Source of the DNA: an uncultured bacterium
GTDB lineage: Bacteria; Joyebacterota; Joyebacteria; Joyebacterales; Joyebacteraceae
Reading direction: 5' to 3'
Length of the DNA stretch: 45,522 nucleotides
NCBI GenBank assembly: GCA_964562405.1
Contig: CAZLTC010000003.1
Coordinates: 7,036-52,557, forward strand
This document shows positions 27,583-36,895 of the stretch, one piece after another (position 1 is the stretch's first letter; the number at the start of each line of letters is the position of its first letter). The notes under the pieces are model-generated. The model saw only the letters and a list, made by a program, of their open reading frames with translations, had not been told where the DNA came from and searched no databases. The position numbers were made by a program, and so were the translations under genes.

Positions 27583-29478
27583 CTACTGCGCGTTCACAAG
27601 CTGCCTTAAGAGCGTGCTCAGAAGAGCGAACACGATGGCGCCCAGTCCGATCACGGCCCACGACAGATAAGTGGACAGGACGCCGTTGTGCAGCATCTTG
27701 AGGCCGTTGACGATGCCGCCTCCGAGCCTTCCTCCCAGCACGTAGACGTCGAACACTCGCTGCTCCGCGTTCGCGAAGAGCCCCGCCAGCCCCTTGGTCT
27801 CGCGAATCGTGTTGTAGAAGCCTGTTCCCGCCACGTGCATCGAGTCCATGCTCGCGGGGGGCCTCGTCCCTCCGATGAAGACGTGGCCGGTGCGCATCTT
27901 GGTCATCCTGCCGACCAGGAAGACCAGGAACCCGAAGACGAGACCCAGGAGGATCAGCGTCGTTGCGGTGCCCGGGCTCCAGAAGCCGATCGCGCCCAGG
28001 TCGAGCCCGCCGGTCGCGCTTACGCCGATGGCGCCGTGCACGATGGGGTTGATGAACCTGTCGATCGGGAACTTGGCCCAGACGCCGAACCCGATGCAGA
28101 GGATGGCCAGCACGATCATCGGGACCTGCATGGCCCACGGCGCCTCGTGCACGCGGCTGAACCTGCTCGGCTTCTGACCCAGGAAGGCCGAGTAGAGGAC
28201 CTTCACGAACGAGGCCAGTGTCAGCGCACTTCCGAAGAGCGCCGCGATCAGGAAGATCCAGTACGACGACACGCCCCGCGAACCGAGTTCGACGAGGCCC
28301 GAGTAGACCATCCACTTGGATACGAACCCGTTGAACGGCGGCACGCCGGAGATCGACACCGCAAAGATCGCGGTCGCGATGAATGTCACGGGCATGGCCC
28401 GAGCGAGGCCGCCCAGCTCCTTGAGTTCGGTCGTCCCGGTCTCCTTCTCGATCGAGCCGGCCGAGAGGAAGAGTCCGGCCTTGTAGATGGCGTTGTTCAG
28501 CATGTGGAAGAGACCGCCCGCGATGCCTATCGGGATGCCCGTCCCAATGCCAAGGATCATGTACCCGACCTGGCTCACCGCGTGGTATGAGAGCAGCACC
28601 TTGAGGTCGTGCTGGATGAGCGCCATCAGGACGGCGCCGACGATGGTCACGGCGCCTATGATCATGAGCAGCATCATCATGCCGAAGCCGACGCTGAAGA
28701 TATCGAGGCTGATGCGGGCCAGCAGATAAATGCCCAGAAGCTTGTCGATGGCGGCGGGCAGGAGCGCCATGACCGGCGTCGGCGCGCCCTTCGCCGCGGC
28801 GGGGATCCACGTGTGGAACGGCATGGCCCCGGCCTTGGTGATGGCGCCGATCATCATGAGAATGTAGATGGTGGTCGTCATGCCGTCGCCGACGAAGATG
28901 GAGAGCTTGTCCATCGAGACGGTGCCGTAGCGGGCCCAGATCATGGCTACGGCAATGAAGAGCGCCGCGTCCGAGAGCCCAAGCATGATGAAGCTCTTCG
29001 CCGCCCCCTCCGCCGCCTGCATCTTCTTCAGGCCGATGTTCACGTACACGAAGAGGATGGCCGTCAGCGCTTCCCAGAAGATAAGGAGCACGAGAAGGCT
29101 GTTCGACAGGGCCGCCCCGACGCTCGCCGCCACGGTCCACAGCAGGAACGCGTAGTAGCGCCTGCCGTCGTACTCACGCGTGAGCCACGAGATCGAGTAG
29201 AGGCCGACCCCTAACCCGAACAGCGCGATGAACAGGATGATGAACGCGCTGAACTGGGTCAGTAGAAGGTCGAACTGGATCGAAAGCCCTCCCAGAGCCA
29301 CCAGGTCCTTCACGTACGAAATCGGCCAGTGCCCGAAGAGCCGGAGCGCGGCCACGAACGTCCAGACGAGGGCGATCAGGCTCAACGTCTCCCGGACGCC
29401 CTTCACTCTTCTCGGAACGAGAAGACAGAGGCCGCCCGCCAGGGCCGGGACGACGATCGGTACGAGCAACTGTGGCAT
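27583..29478 (-). CDS. Second antiporter-like subunit (NuoL/MrpA/HyfB-type)
   Basis: Start MPQLLVPIVVP; IFWEAL, KAGAMPFHTWIP, LSYHAVSQVGY, GVPPFNGFVSKW. Confidence 0.88.
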   Translation of the reverse strand: MPQLLVPIVVPALAGGLCLLVPRRVKGVRETLSLIALVWTFVAALRLFGHWPISYVKDLVALGGLSIQFDLLLTQFSAFIILFIALFGLGVGLYSISWLTREYDGRRYYAFLLWTVAASVGAALSNSLLVLLIFWEALTAILFVYVNIGLKKMQAAEGAAKSFIMLGLSDAALFIAVAMIWARYGTVSMDKLSIFVGDGMTTTIYILMMIGAITKAGAMPFHTWIPAAAKGAPTPVMALLPAAIDKLLGIYLLARISLDIFSVGFGMMMLLMIIGAVTIVGAVLMALIQHDLKVLLSYHAVSQVGYMILGIGTGIPIGIAGGLFHMLNNAIYKAGLFLSAGSIEKETGTTELKELGGLARAMPVTFIATAIFAVSISGVPPFNGFVSKWMVYSGLVELGSRGVSSYWIFLIAALFGSALTLASFVKVLYSAFLGQKPSRFSRVHEAPWAMQVPMIVLAILCIGFGVWAKFPIDRFINPIVHGAIGVSATGGLDLGAIGFWSPGTATTLILLGLVFGFLVFLVGRMTKMRTGHVFIGGTRPPASMDSMHVAGTGFYNTIRETKGLAGLFANAEQRVFDVYVLGGRLGGGIVNGLKMLHNGVLSTYLSWAVIGLGAIVFALLSTLLRQLVNAQ

Positions 29479-29495
29479 CTCTCTACCCCCGGAGA

Positions 29496-30668
29496 CTAGG
29501 AGTTCCTCTTGAGCTCTTCGGTCTTGGCGTGCGAGAGCGCGATCAGGTCCTTGCCGGACATCGCCGGCCGCCCGTCGGGCCCGAGCACCGCCATGCGCTC
29601 CGTGCAGCTGTAGCACGGGTCGATGATGGCGAATATGAGGACGGCATCCGAGATCGACTCGCCCTTCACACGCGGCCTGAACGACGGGATGTTGCAGAAC
29701 GTCGGCGCCCTCATCTTGTGGCGCTCCGGCATGTTCGTCCCGTTGGACCTGATGAAGTGGAACGTCTCGCCGCGAGGCGCTTCGATGTGGCCGATGCCCT
29801 CGCCCCGCGGTATCTCGCGTACCTCGTTGGCGATGGGCCCGGACGGGAGCTTGTTGATGCACTGCTTGATGATCTTGACCGACTCGAGCATCTCGAGAAG
29901 GCGAACCGCGGCCACCGCCAGGCAGTCGCCGGCGGGCTGCACGATGACGTTCCAGTCGACCTCGGAGTAGGCGCCGTACGGCTCGTCTCGCCTGACGTCG
30001 ATGTCCACTCCGGAACCCCTCGCAGTCGGGCCCAGGGTGCCGTACGCGATGGCGTCCTCCTTCGTGAGGATGCCCACGCCCTTCAAGCGGCCGAGGATGA
30101 CCGGGTCGTCGAGGATGGCGTGTAACAGCATCTCGGTCTGCGCGGCGAACTCGTCCATGGCCTTCAGGACGCCCGGCCAGACATCGTCGGGCACGTCGCG
30201 CCTGACGCCGCCAGGGCGGTACCACGCGTAGTTGTTTCTGTTGCCTGTTATGGCCTCGAGCGCGTCCAGAACGGGCTCGCGGTACTTCCAGCCCCACATG
30301 AATACGGTCCAGTACCCGAGGATGTGCCCGCCGAGACCGACCCAGAGCATGTGGCTGTGAAGTCTCTCCAGCTCGTGCACGATTGTGCGCAGGTAGCGCG
30401 CGCGGTCGGTCGGGCCTACGCCGGCGATGTCCTCCATCGCCCTGCAGGCCGCCCAGGCGTGCGAGGCCGAGCAGATGCCACAGATCCTCTCGACGAGGAA
30501 CGTGTCCTGGTCGTAGGTCTTCTCCTGCGCGAGCAGCTCGATGCCCCTGTGGATGCGCCCGAGGTCGATGTCGGCGTCCTCTACCGTCTCACCGTCCACG
30601 TAGAGCGAAATGTACTCCGGTTCCTCAAGGACGGGATGGAACGGGCCGATCGGTATGAGCGTGCTCAT
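29496..30668 (-). CDS. Group 4 [NiFe]-hydrogenase large subunit
   Basis: GPFHP; L1 ERICGICSASH; EAPRGE; L2 DPCYSCTER followed by a 32-aa C-terminal extension. Confidence 0.93.
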   Translation of the reverse strand: MSTLIPIGPFHPVLEEPEYISLYVDGETVEDADIDLGRIHRGIELLAQEKTYDQDTFLVERICGICSASHAWAACRAMEDIAGVGPTDRARYLRTIVHELERLHSHMLWVGLGGHILGYWTVFMWGWKYREPVLDALEAITGNRNNYAWYRPGGVRRDVPDDVWPGVLKAMDEFAAQTEMLLHAILDDPVILGRLKGVGILTKEDAIAYGTLGPTARGSGVDIDVRRDEPYGAYSEVDWNVIVQPAGDCLAVAAVRLLEMLESVKIIKQCINKLPSGPIANEVREIPRGEGIGHIEAPRGETFHFIRSNGTNMPERHKMRAPTFCNIPSFRPRVKGESISDAVLIFAIIDPCYSCTERMAVLGPDGRPAMSGKDLIALSHAKTEELKRNS

Positions 30669-31097
30669 CTACTCGTCCCTCCTCATCGCGTGGAAGTCGG
30701 CGGGGCGATCGTGCGAGGAGAGTATCTTCCGGGGGTCCGGGTGTCCGGTGAACTCTACCCCCAGGAAGTCGTAGATCTCTCGCTCGATGAAATCCGCTGC
30801 TGGATAGTACTTTGCCAGGGAGTCGATCTTCGGGAACGGCTTGTCCAGCGTCGTCCTTATGTTCACGACCGTTCCGTCCCTGTCGATGGCGAAGTGATAC
30901 AGAAGCTCCACACCCGTGCTCCTGTCGCTGCCCGTCGCGGTCGCCAACCTCCCGTGCGCCACCTCGTACATGTGCCTCGTCACGGGGATCCAGTCGTCGT
31001 TCGAAACGGTGACGAACGCGCGGCGCTCGTTCCGCTCGAAGATGTCGACACGGTCCCCGAACTTGGCCTTGAGTCCCTCAAGAACTTGCTTGCTCAT
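30669..31097 (-). CDS. NuoC/MbhK-like hydrogenase subunit
   Basis: ELLYHF, EREIYDFLGVEFTGHPDPR. Confidence 0.9.
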   Translation of the reverse strand: MSKQVLEGLKAKFGDRVDIFERNERRAFVTVSNDDWIPVTRHMYEVAHGRLATATGSDRSTGVELLYHFAIDRDGTVVNIRTTLDKPFPKIDSLAKYYPAADFIEREIYDFLGVEFTGHPDPRKILSSHDRPADFHAMRRDE

Positions 31098-31150
31098 TGT
31101 CTCGTCACTCCCCTGGCCGTAACCGTGCGGTCAGCGCGGCAGGCTCGCCC

Positions 31151-31564
31151 CTAGAGCTTCCCAATGAGTTTGACGATGCCATCTATGATCGCCTCGGGCC
31201 TCGGGGGACAACCTGGAACGTATGCGTCCACGGGGATGTGCTTGTCGACAGGCCCCGCGAAGTTGTAGCCGTCTTTGAAGATGCCGCCGGTGCAGCCGCA
31301 CGCGCCCAGGGCGACGACCGCCACGGGCTTCGGCGCCTGCTCGTAGGCCTCGATGAGCTGCGGCACGACCTTGCGAGGAACACTTCCCGACACGAGGAGA
31401 ACGTCGGCGTGCTTGACGCTCCCAACGAGCTTGATGCCGAAGCGCTCCACGTCGTACTTCGGGCACAGGCAGTCAAGGACTTCTATGTCGCAGTTGTTGC
31501 AGGCTCCGGCGTTCAGGTGGAAGACCCACAGCGACTTCTTGAATCCCCATTTGGTAGCACCCAT
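31151..31564 (-). CDS. Group 4 hydrogenase small subunit (NuoB/MbhJ-like)
   Basis: CNNCDIE, YDVERFG, GAC, PGCPPRPE. Confidence 0.93.
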   Translation of the reverse strand: MGATKWGFKKSLWVFHLNAGACNNCDIEVLDCLCPKYDVERFGIKLVGSVKHADVLLVSGSVPRKVVPQLIEAYEQAPKPVAVVALGACGCTGGIFKDGYNFAGPVDKHIPVDAYVPGCPPRPEAIIDGIVKLIGKL

Positions 31565-31585
31565 TCGTTCACCGCTCCGTTCGAT

Positions 31586-32524
31586 CTAGAACCCCGCTAT
31601 CGCGAAAACCATGCCGATGATGGCGAGGACGGTGACAGGTCCCCAGAAGAAACGCACGGCCTGGTCGATCCTCACCCTGGGATTCGTGTTCTTTATGAGT
31701 ACCGCGACGGTCACGATGATCACGTACTTGACGATCGTGTAGAGCAGACCCCACCCGGTCAGCTGCAGGCCGCCCCAGAAGATGGTGATGAAGAGAATGG
31801 GCAGCGTGAAGAGCATCATCGCCTGGGTGACCTTCACGACGGCCAGCGCCGGGCCCGAGTACTCCATGTGCGTCCCGTCCATCAGCTCGGTCTCCGCCTC
31901 CGGAATGTCGAAGGGCGGGTAGGTAAGCTTGGCCTGCATGCAGAGCAGGCAAACGATGAACGCGATGATGCAGGACGGGTTGCCGAGCAGGACGCCGTGA
32001 GCATCCTGGTAGTTGATGATGGCGTCCAGCCTGAGCGTCATCGGCGAGATCTTCGTGACGGCCGTGAAGATGGCGATCACAAAGGGTAGCTCGTAGGCCA
32101 GCACCAGCTTCATCTCCCGGCTCGCGCCCACGCTCGATAGCGGATTGGACGAGGCGGACGCGCCGATGATCATCCCGAGAGACGGGATGGTGAGCAGATA
32201 GATGACCGCGATCAGGTCGCCCACGAACCCGACATCCTTCATGTTCGTGAGCCACAGCAGCATCGACACGACACCGACCGCCGCGAGACCGGCCAGAGGG
32301 GCCAGCAGGAACCCGGTCCTCTTCGCGCCCTCGGGGATCACGATCTCCTTCCCCATTAGCTTGAGGATGTCCGCGAAGGGCTGATACCACGGTGGTCCGA
32401 CCCTCCACTGCACACGCGCGCTGACCTTCCTGTCCACCCACGTGGTCAGAAGGCCGACCGCGGCCGTGAACAAGAGGCCTGGGAAGATCAGGAAGTAGAA
32501 AACCATGCTCAGTGTCGAAGCCAT
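31586..32524 (-). CDS. NuoH/MbhM/HycD-like membrane anchor
   Basis: DRKVSARVQWRVGPPWYQPFADILKL, PFDIPEAETEL, PRVRIDQ. Confidence 0.92.
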   Translation of the reverse strand: MASTLSMVFYFLIFPGLLFTAAVGLLTTWVDRKVSARVQWRVGPPWYQPFADILKLMGKEIVIPEGAKRTGFLLAPLAGLAAVGVVSMLLWLTNMKDVGFVGDLIAVIYLLTIPSLGMIIGASASSNPLSSVGASREMKLVLAYELPFVIAIFTAVTKISPMTLRLDAIINYQDAHGVLLGNPSCIIAFIVCLLCMQAKLTYPPFDIPEAETELMDGTHMEYSGPALAVVKVTQAMMLFTLPILFITIFWGGLQLTGWGLLYTIVKYVIIVTVAVLIKNTNPRVRIDQAVRFFWGPVTVLAIIGMVFAIAGF

Positions 32525-32572
32525 CCTGTTACCTCTCCGTTGGTCCTAGCGAAGCATCCGGAACCGAGAGCC

Positions 32573-33055
32573 CTAGCGCTGACGCCGCACCGTCTTCTCC
32601 ACGGAACGACCGCCCCTCATCGGTCTGCCTTTCTGAGCCTCGATGTCGCTTATGTCCTCGAAGGTCCTCGCCCCCGACACGCACGTCCCGGCGCACATCG
32701 AGTCCTTACCGTCGAGCGTCCGCCAGCTGCAGAGGTCGCACTTGGGCATCGTGTGGCGTGTCTTGATGAGGTCGATGGCCCCGAACGGGCACGCCTGCGC
32801 GCACGACGTGCAGCCGCTGCACTTGATATTGCTGCGGATCACGAGCCCGTCGTCCCGCCGCTTGATGGCCTCCTGCGGGCACGCGGCCTCGCAGAGGGGC
32901 TGCTCGCAGTGCCTGCAGTTCATCTGCAGCACCGTGTTAACCAGAACCTGCGAGGCCTCGAGATGATCCTGGTCGTTGTGAGAATAGAAGCACGCCGCGA
33001 TACAGCTCCTGCAGCTGATGCAGCGTCCGTAGTCCAGGACATTCCTCTTGTTCAT
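32573..33055 (-). CDS. Multi-4Fe-4S electron transfer protein (HydN/HycB/FdhB-like)
   Basis: CISCRSCIAAC, CRHCEQPLCEAACP, CSGCTSCAQACPFG, KCDLC...CAGTC. Confidence 0.88.
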   Translation of the reverse strand: MNKRNVLDYGRCISCRSCIAACFYSHNDQDHLEASQVLVNTVLQMNCRHCEQPLCEAACPQEAIKRRDDGLVIRSNIKCSGCTSCAQACPFGAIDLIKTRHTMPKCDLCSWRTLDGKDSMCAGTCVSGARTFEDISDIEAQKGRPMRGGRSVEKTVRRQR

Positions 33056-33109
33056 CCAGATCTCCCGGTATGAGCGGCGCGGGCGGTCAAGACCCCACGC
33101 CCACACCTT

Positions 33110-34792
33110 CTACGCCTCGGCCGTCACCTTCGCCCTGGAGGCGGAAACGTCGAACCACCTCGTGCTCGGATTGGCCGTCCACTTCAGAAGACCCCTGGCG
33201 TCGGGCACGTAGCTCGGAATCGCTACAAGGCCGCCGGGCATCCTGCTCGTGACTATCGCGATGATGCGTGTCTCGCCACGGTCGGTCGAGAGTGACACCG
33301 TGGACCCCTGTTCAACCTCGAGGTCGCCTGCGGCGCCCTCGCCGATCCAGATCTCGCAGTACGGCGAGATCGACTGGGCGAAGCTCATGCGTCCCGTTAT
33401 GGTGCCGTCCCATCTGTGGAGCGGGCTTATGCCCTCGACGAGACAGAGCTCGCCGTCCTTCGACGAGGCGGGACGACTCAGCGCGCCGGCGACGTCGACC
33501 TGGAGCGGCGGGTGCTCCGCTACCGCAACCTTGCCCAACGTCGCGCCTAGCTCTTTCGCGATCGCCGCGAGCATCTCGCGGACCGGGGCCGCGTCGCCCT
33601 GGGGCGCCGTGACCGGCGACACCGAGGTTGCAATCCCGAAGGACGCCGAATAGCTCCCCTCGATCTCGGTCCACACCGCCTGTGGCAATCCCACGTCACT
33701 GTGCTTCGTCACGTCGTTCTCGAACACCGACGACGCGACGAGAAGCTCGAGCCCCTCGACATCGTCTGCGCCGAGCGCGCCGGGATACAGCTGAAGGATA
33801 TCGGGGCCGAGAACAAGCAGCCCCTTTATGGTTCCATCGGACACACCCTTGAGGATCTCAGGCACCGTCCGTGCCGAGCCGACGCGCTCGAACGCGCCTA
33901 TCGCGTTGCCCCCTCGGAAGAGCGGCGCGTACTTGCCGCCAACGGCCTTCGCGAGATCGGACGCGAGCTTACCAATGAGATATCCGGACGTCGAGTCTCC
34001 GAGTCTGGAGGAGGCCATGACCACGACCTTCCCCTGCTCCTTGATATGCTTGGCAAGCGACACAAACTCGCGCTCAGACATGCCCGCGGCTTCCGCCGCT
34101 TTCGCCGCCGATACGTCCGGGGCACCCTGCGTGTTCATCGCGCGGAGCAATCCGCCCAGCACCACGGGCTCGGCGCCCGGGGCGGGCGTCATCTGCCTGT
34201 CGGCGAACCAGTCGGTGTTGCTGCGATACGGGTTGATCGTGAAGATGCGGTTCGAGCGTGTGCGGTGGCGCGCCTCGATGACGCGCTTGGCGATGCACGG
34301 GTGGCCCCAGAAGACGTCGCCTATCAGGATGAAGCACTCACCGGCGTCCACATCCTCGGGGGTCGCGTCGCCCGCCCCGCCTCCCATGAGGAGGGGAAAG
34401 TCGTTGCCGTCGTAGGCGACGGCTATGTTGCTGGTCCCGAGCGAAGCTGCGAACGACGCGGCCGCCTCGTAATCCTCGTTGGAAAGCTCGGTCCCGACGA
34501 TCACGCCCAGCGCTTCGCCGCCCTTGCTCTCCTTTATCTCGACAAGCTTGCCCGCGGCCTTGGTCACACCGCTCGCCCACGGAACCCTTCGCCTGTTGAC
34601 CGTCGCCGCGAGGAACCTCTTGGGGTGCGTCAGCAGCTCGTGGTTGTAGTGTCCGCGGACGCACAGCGCGCCCCGGTTCTGACGCGCCTCGGGATCGAAA
34701 TCGACCCGGACAGGTACGCCCGCGTCCACCTCCATCGCGAACCCGCACTGGAGGGAACAGAAGAGACACGACGCCTTCTTGATCTCTGGCAT
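33110..34792 (-). CDS. Molybdopterin-oxidoreductase-fold protein (FdhA/NuoG-like), probably non-catalytic
   Basis: N-terminal CLFCSLQC...LCVRG 4Fe-4S motif, SNED, WTEIEGSY, C-terminal molydop-binding-like domain; no Cys/Sec-His at the FDH active-site position. Confidence 0.75.
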   Translation of the reverse strand: MPEIKKASCLFCSLQCGFAMEVDAGVPVRVDFDPEARQNRGALCVRGHYNHELLTHPKRFLAATVNRRRVPWASGVTKAAGKLVEIKESKGGEALGVIVGTELSNEDYEAAASFAASLGTSNIAVAYDGNDFPLLMGGGAGDATPEDVDAGECFILIGDVFWGHPCIAKRVIEARHRTRSNRIFTINPYRSNTDWFADRQMTPAPGAEPVVLGGLLRAMNTQGAPDVSAAKAAEAAGMSEREFVSLAKHIKEQGKVVVMASSRLGDSTSGYLIGKLASDLAKAVGGKYAPLFRGGNAIGAFERVGSARTVPEILKGVSDGTIKGLLVLGPDILQLYPGALGADDVEGLELLVASSVFENDVTKHSDVGLPQAVWTEIEGSYSASFGIATSVSPVTAPQGDAAPVREMLAAIAKELGATLGKVAVAEHPPLQVDVAGALSRPASSKDGELCLVEGISPLHRWDGTITGRMSFAQSISPYCEIWIGEGAAGDLEVEQGSTVSLSTDRGETRIIAIVTSRMPGGLVAIPSYVPDARGLLKWTANPSTRWFDVSASRAKVTAEA

Positions 34793-34820
34793 GTCGGTTA
34801 ACCTCTCAAGCGAGAAGCCC

Positions 34821-35666
34821 CTAGAACGGATCTTCGAACTTCGCCACCTGCGCCGCGGTCATGACGGGGCCGTCCTTGCAGATGTAGTGCTCGCCCATCA
34901 TGCAGTGCCCGCACTTGCCGAGCCCGCAGCTCATGTTCCGCTCCATCGAGTGATAGATGTTCTCGGGCTTGAAGCCTTTCTGGAGAAGCACCATGTTCAC
35001 GAACTTGAGCATGATCGGAGGCCCGCATACACACGCCACGGCGCTCGGGGCGTGGAACGGAAGCTCCTCGACGTCGACCGTCGTTATCATGGGCAGGCCG
35101 TCCAGCAGCACGGTCACGACGCCGACCGTGCCTTTCCACTCGGGATGCGGCTCGTCTATAGTAAGGAGGACCTCGGTGTTCTTCTTCTTCTCCCACTCGG
35201 GGAGCAGGTCCTTGTAGACGATGTCCTCCGGTGTCCTGGAGCCGTAGCGTATCGAGATCTTCTTGAACTTGTCGATCTCGTCGAAGAGCGCGAGGATGAG
35301 CGAACGCAGCGGCGCCAGGCCGACGCCGCCTCCCACGATGAGGATCTCCTTGCCGTAGAAGTCCTGCATATTGTAGCCGTTGCCGTACGGGCCGCGGATC
35401 CCGACCGTGTCCCCCACCTTCATCTTCTCGAGCGCCTGCGTCACTGCCCCCACGCGCATGATGGTGATCTCGAGGGTGTCCTTCACGTTGGGGTTGGATG
35501 ACGGCGTGAACGGCGCCTCGCCGACTCCCGGCACGGTCAGCTCGACGAACTGGCCGGCCTCGAACGTGACCGGCTCCTTGGGACGGAACCGATACGTCGT
35601 GATGTTCGGCGTCTCGGGCTTGATATCCTCGATCACGCTCTCGATTGGCCTGTACAGATTCTTCAT
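34821..35666 (-). CDS. FAD/NAD(P)-binding 2Fe-2S oxidoreductase (AsrB/HydG/FlxA-like)
   Basis: GQFV...GEAP, RGPYGNG, GGGVGLAPLRS, CGPPIM, ERNMSCGLGKCGHC...CKDGPV; ATGA overlap. Confidence 0.9.
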   Translation of the reverse strand: MKNLYRPIESVIEDIKPETPNITTYRFRPKEPVTFEAGQFVELTVPGVGEAPFTPSSNPNVKDTLEITIMRVGAVTQALEKMKVGDTVGIRGPYGNGYNMQDFYGKEILIVGGGVGLAPLRSLILALFDEIDKFKKISIRYGSRTPEDIVYKDLLPEWEKKKNTEVLLTIDEPHPEWKGTVGVVTVLLDGLPMITTVDVEELPFHAPSAVACVCGPPIMLKFVNMVLLQKGFKPENIYHSMERNMSCGLGKCGHCMMGEHYICKDGPVMTAAQVAKFEDPF

Positions 35667-36730
35667 GCCTTCGCCTTCTCCGTGAGGACGTGCTTGATGG
35701 CCTCTCTCATGTCGATCCTGCCCATGCACACGTCGATGCATCTGCCGCACCCGGTGCACGTAACGAGGCCGTATCTGTCTCGCGTGTACTCGAACTTGCA
35801 GCGAAGTCTGTTGCGCAGTCTCTCGGCGAGCGCGGGCCTGGAGTTCCCGCCGCCTCCGGTTCGCGCGAAGCCGATGGACAGGCAGGTGTCCCAGTTGCGC
35901 GTGCGCTCGTATCCGCCCGTGGCGCGCTGGTCTACCAGCAGGAAGCACGTGCAGGTCGGGCAGCATCGATTGCAGGCCGAGCAGGCCACGCAGTTCTGGG
36001 TCACCTCCATCCAGGACTCGAGCGTCCCTTCGAGGTCGTACTTGTCGTACTGCTCGTCGACCGCGAACTCGGCGTTGTGGCGGTTGATCGCCTCGGCCAC
36101 CGAATTGCGATTGCGATTGCGCTCGTCGAGATGCTCGGGACGGACCTCCATGAGCAGGTCGTCGTTCCCGGCCAGAAGCTTTTCGCCCTTCTCGGAACCG
36201 ACCGTCACGATGAAGCCCGACTCGATCGGGGCGAGATTCAGGTCGAACCCGTCCTTGGGATAAGGCTCGCCGCCGACGCGCGTGCAGAAGCAGGTCTCCT
36301 TGGCCGCGGTGCAGTCGAGCGACACGATGAACGCATTCTCACGCTTCTCGATGTAGAACGGGTCGTCGTACTCCTCGGTGAAGTACTTCGTGCTCCAGTA
36401 GACCTTGTCGAACTTCTGGAGTCCTCTGACGTCGCAGGCCCTCGGCCCAACGATGACCGTCGACGGCGCATCCACGTGCGCCTCAGCTTCACTCGACGGG
36501 TACTTCGCGACGACCTCGCGTGGGTAGAAGAGGAACGACTTGGGAGGATGAGCGGGCGCCGCGCCCTGGAGGTGCACGTTCTCTGGAACCACGTCGCCGA
36601 CGAGCTCGTAGTCGGGCGTCTCCTCGTGGTTCATGATGTCGAACGTCACCGGGACGTAGACGCGATGGTCCTTGGCCCACCTCCCGATCAGCTTCAAGAG
36701 GTTCTCTCTTCCGATGAAGACTTCTCTCAT
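35663..36730 (-). CDS. 4Fe-4S subunit (AsrA/HydB-like)
   Basis: RACD, DPFY, CFC, CVACSACNRCCPTCTCF, RNWDTC, CTGCGRCIDVC. Confidence 0.9.
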   Translation of the reverse strand: MREVFIGRENLLKLIGRWAKDHRVYVPVTFDIMNHEETPDYELVGDVVPENVHLQGAAPAHPPKSFLFYPREVVAKYPSSEAEAHVDAPSTVIVGPRACDVRGLQKFDKVYWSTKYFTEEYDDPFYIEKRENAFIVSLDCTAAKETCFCTRVGGEPYPKDGFDLNLAPIESGFIVTVGSEKGEKLLAGNDDLLMEVRPEHLDERNRNRNSVAEAINRHNAEFAVDEQYDKYDLEGTLESWMEVTQNCVACSACNRCCPTCTCFLLVDQRATGGYERTRNWDTCLSIGFARTGGGGNSRPALAERLRNRLRCKFEYTRDRYGLVTCTGCGRCIDVCMGRIDMREAIKHVLTEKAKA

Positions 36731-36895
36731 CGTGCCATGCCCTCTCAGTTTGGAGTGACGCGACAGTCGCTTCCGGGCCCGGTGCTCACGTAGGAGCGGC
36801 GCGCGACCCTCATCCGTCCCCGGCCATGCAGAGACCCCGCGCCGCTCCCGTATCGGGAACGGGCCCGGGGTCAGATCATATGCCGCGCGCGGGCA

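Noticed and set aside
27583-30297. 904-aa ORF suggesting a fusion
   Set aside because: The first ~270 aa overlap the hydrogenase large subunit in another frame; real start is ATG 29478 with an RBS.
29496-32524. Calling the operon complex I, Mbs/Mbx or Ehr
   Set aside because: All four Ni-ligating cysteines (CGIC, CYSC) and a cleavable tail are present, so it is a true [NiFe]-hydrogenase.
33110-34792. Formate hydrogenlyase or selenocysteine formate dehydrogenase
   Set aside because: No Cys/Sec-His active-site motif and no in-frame TGA.
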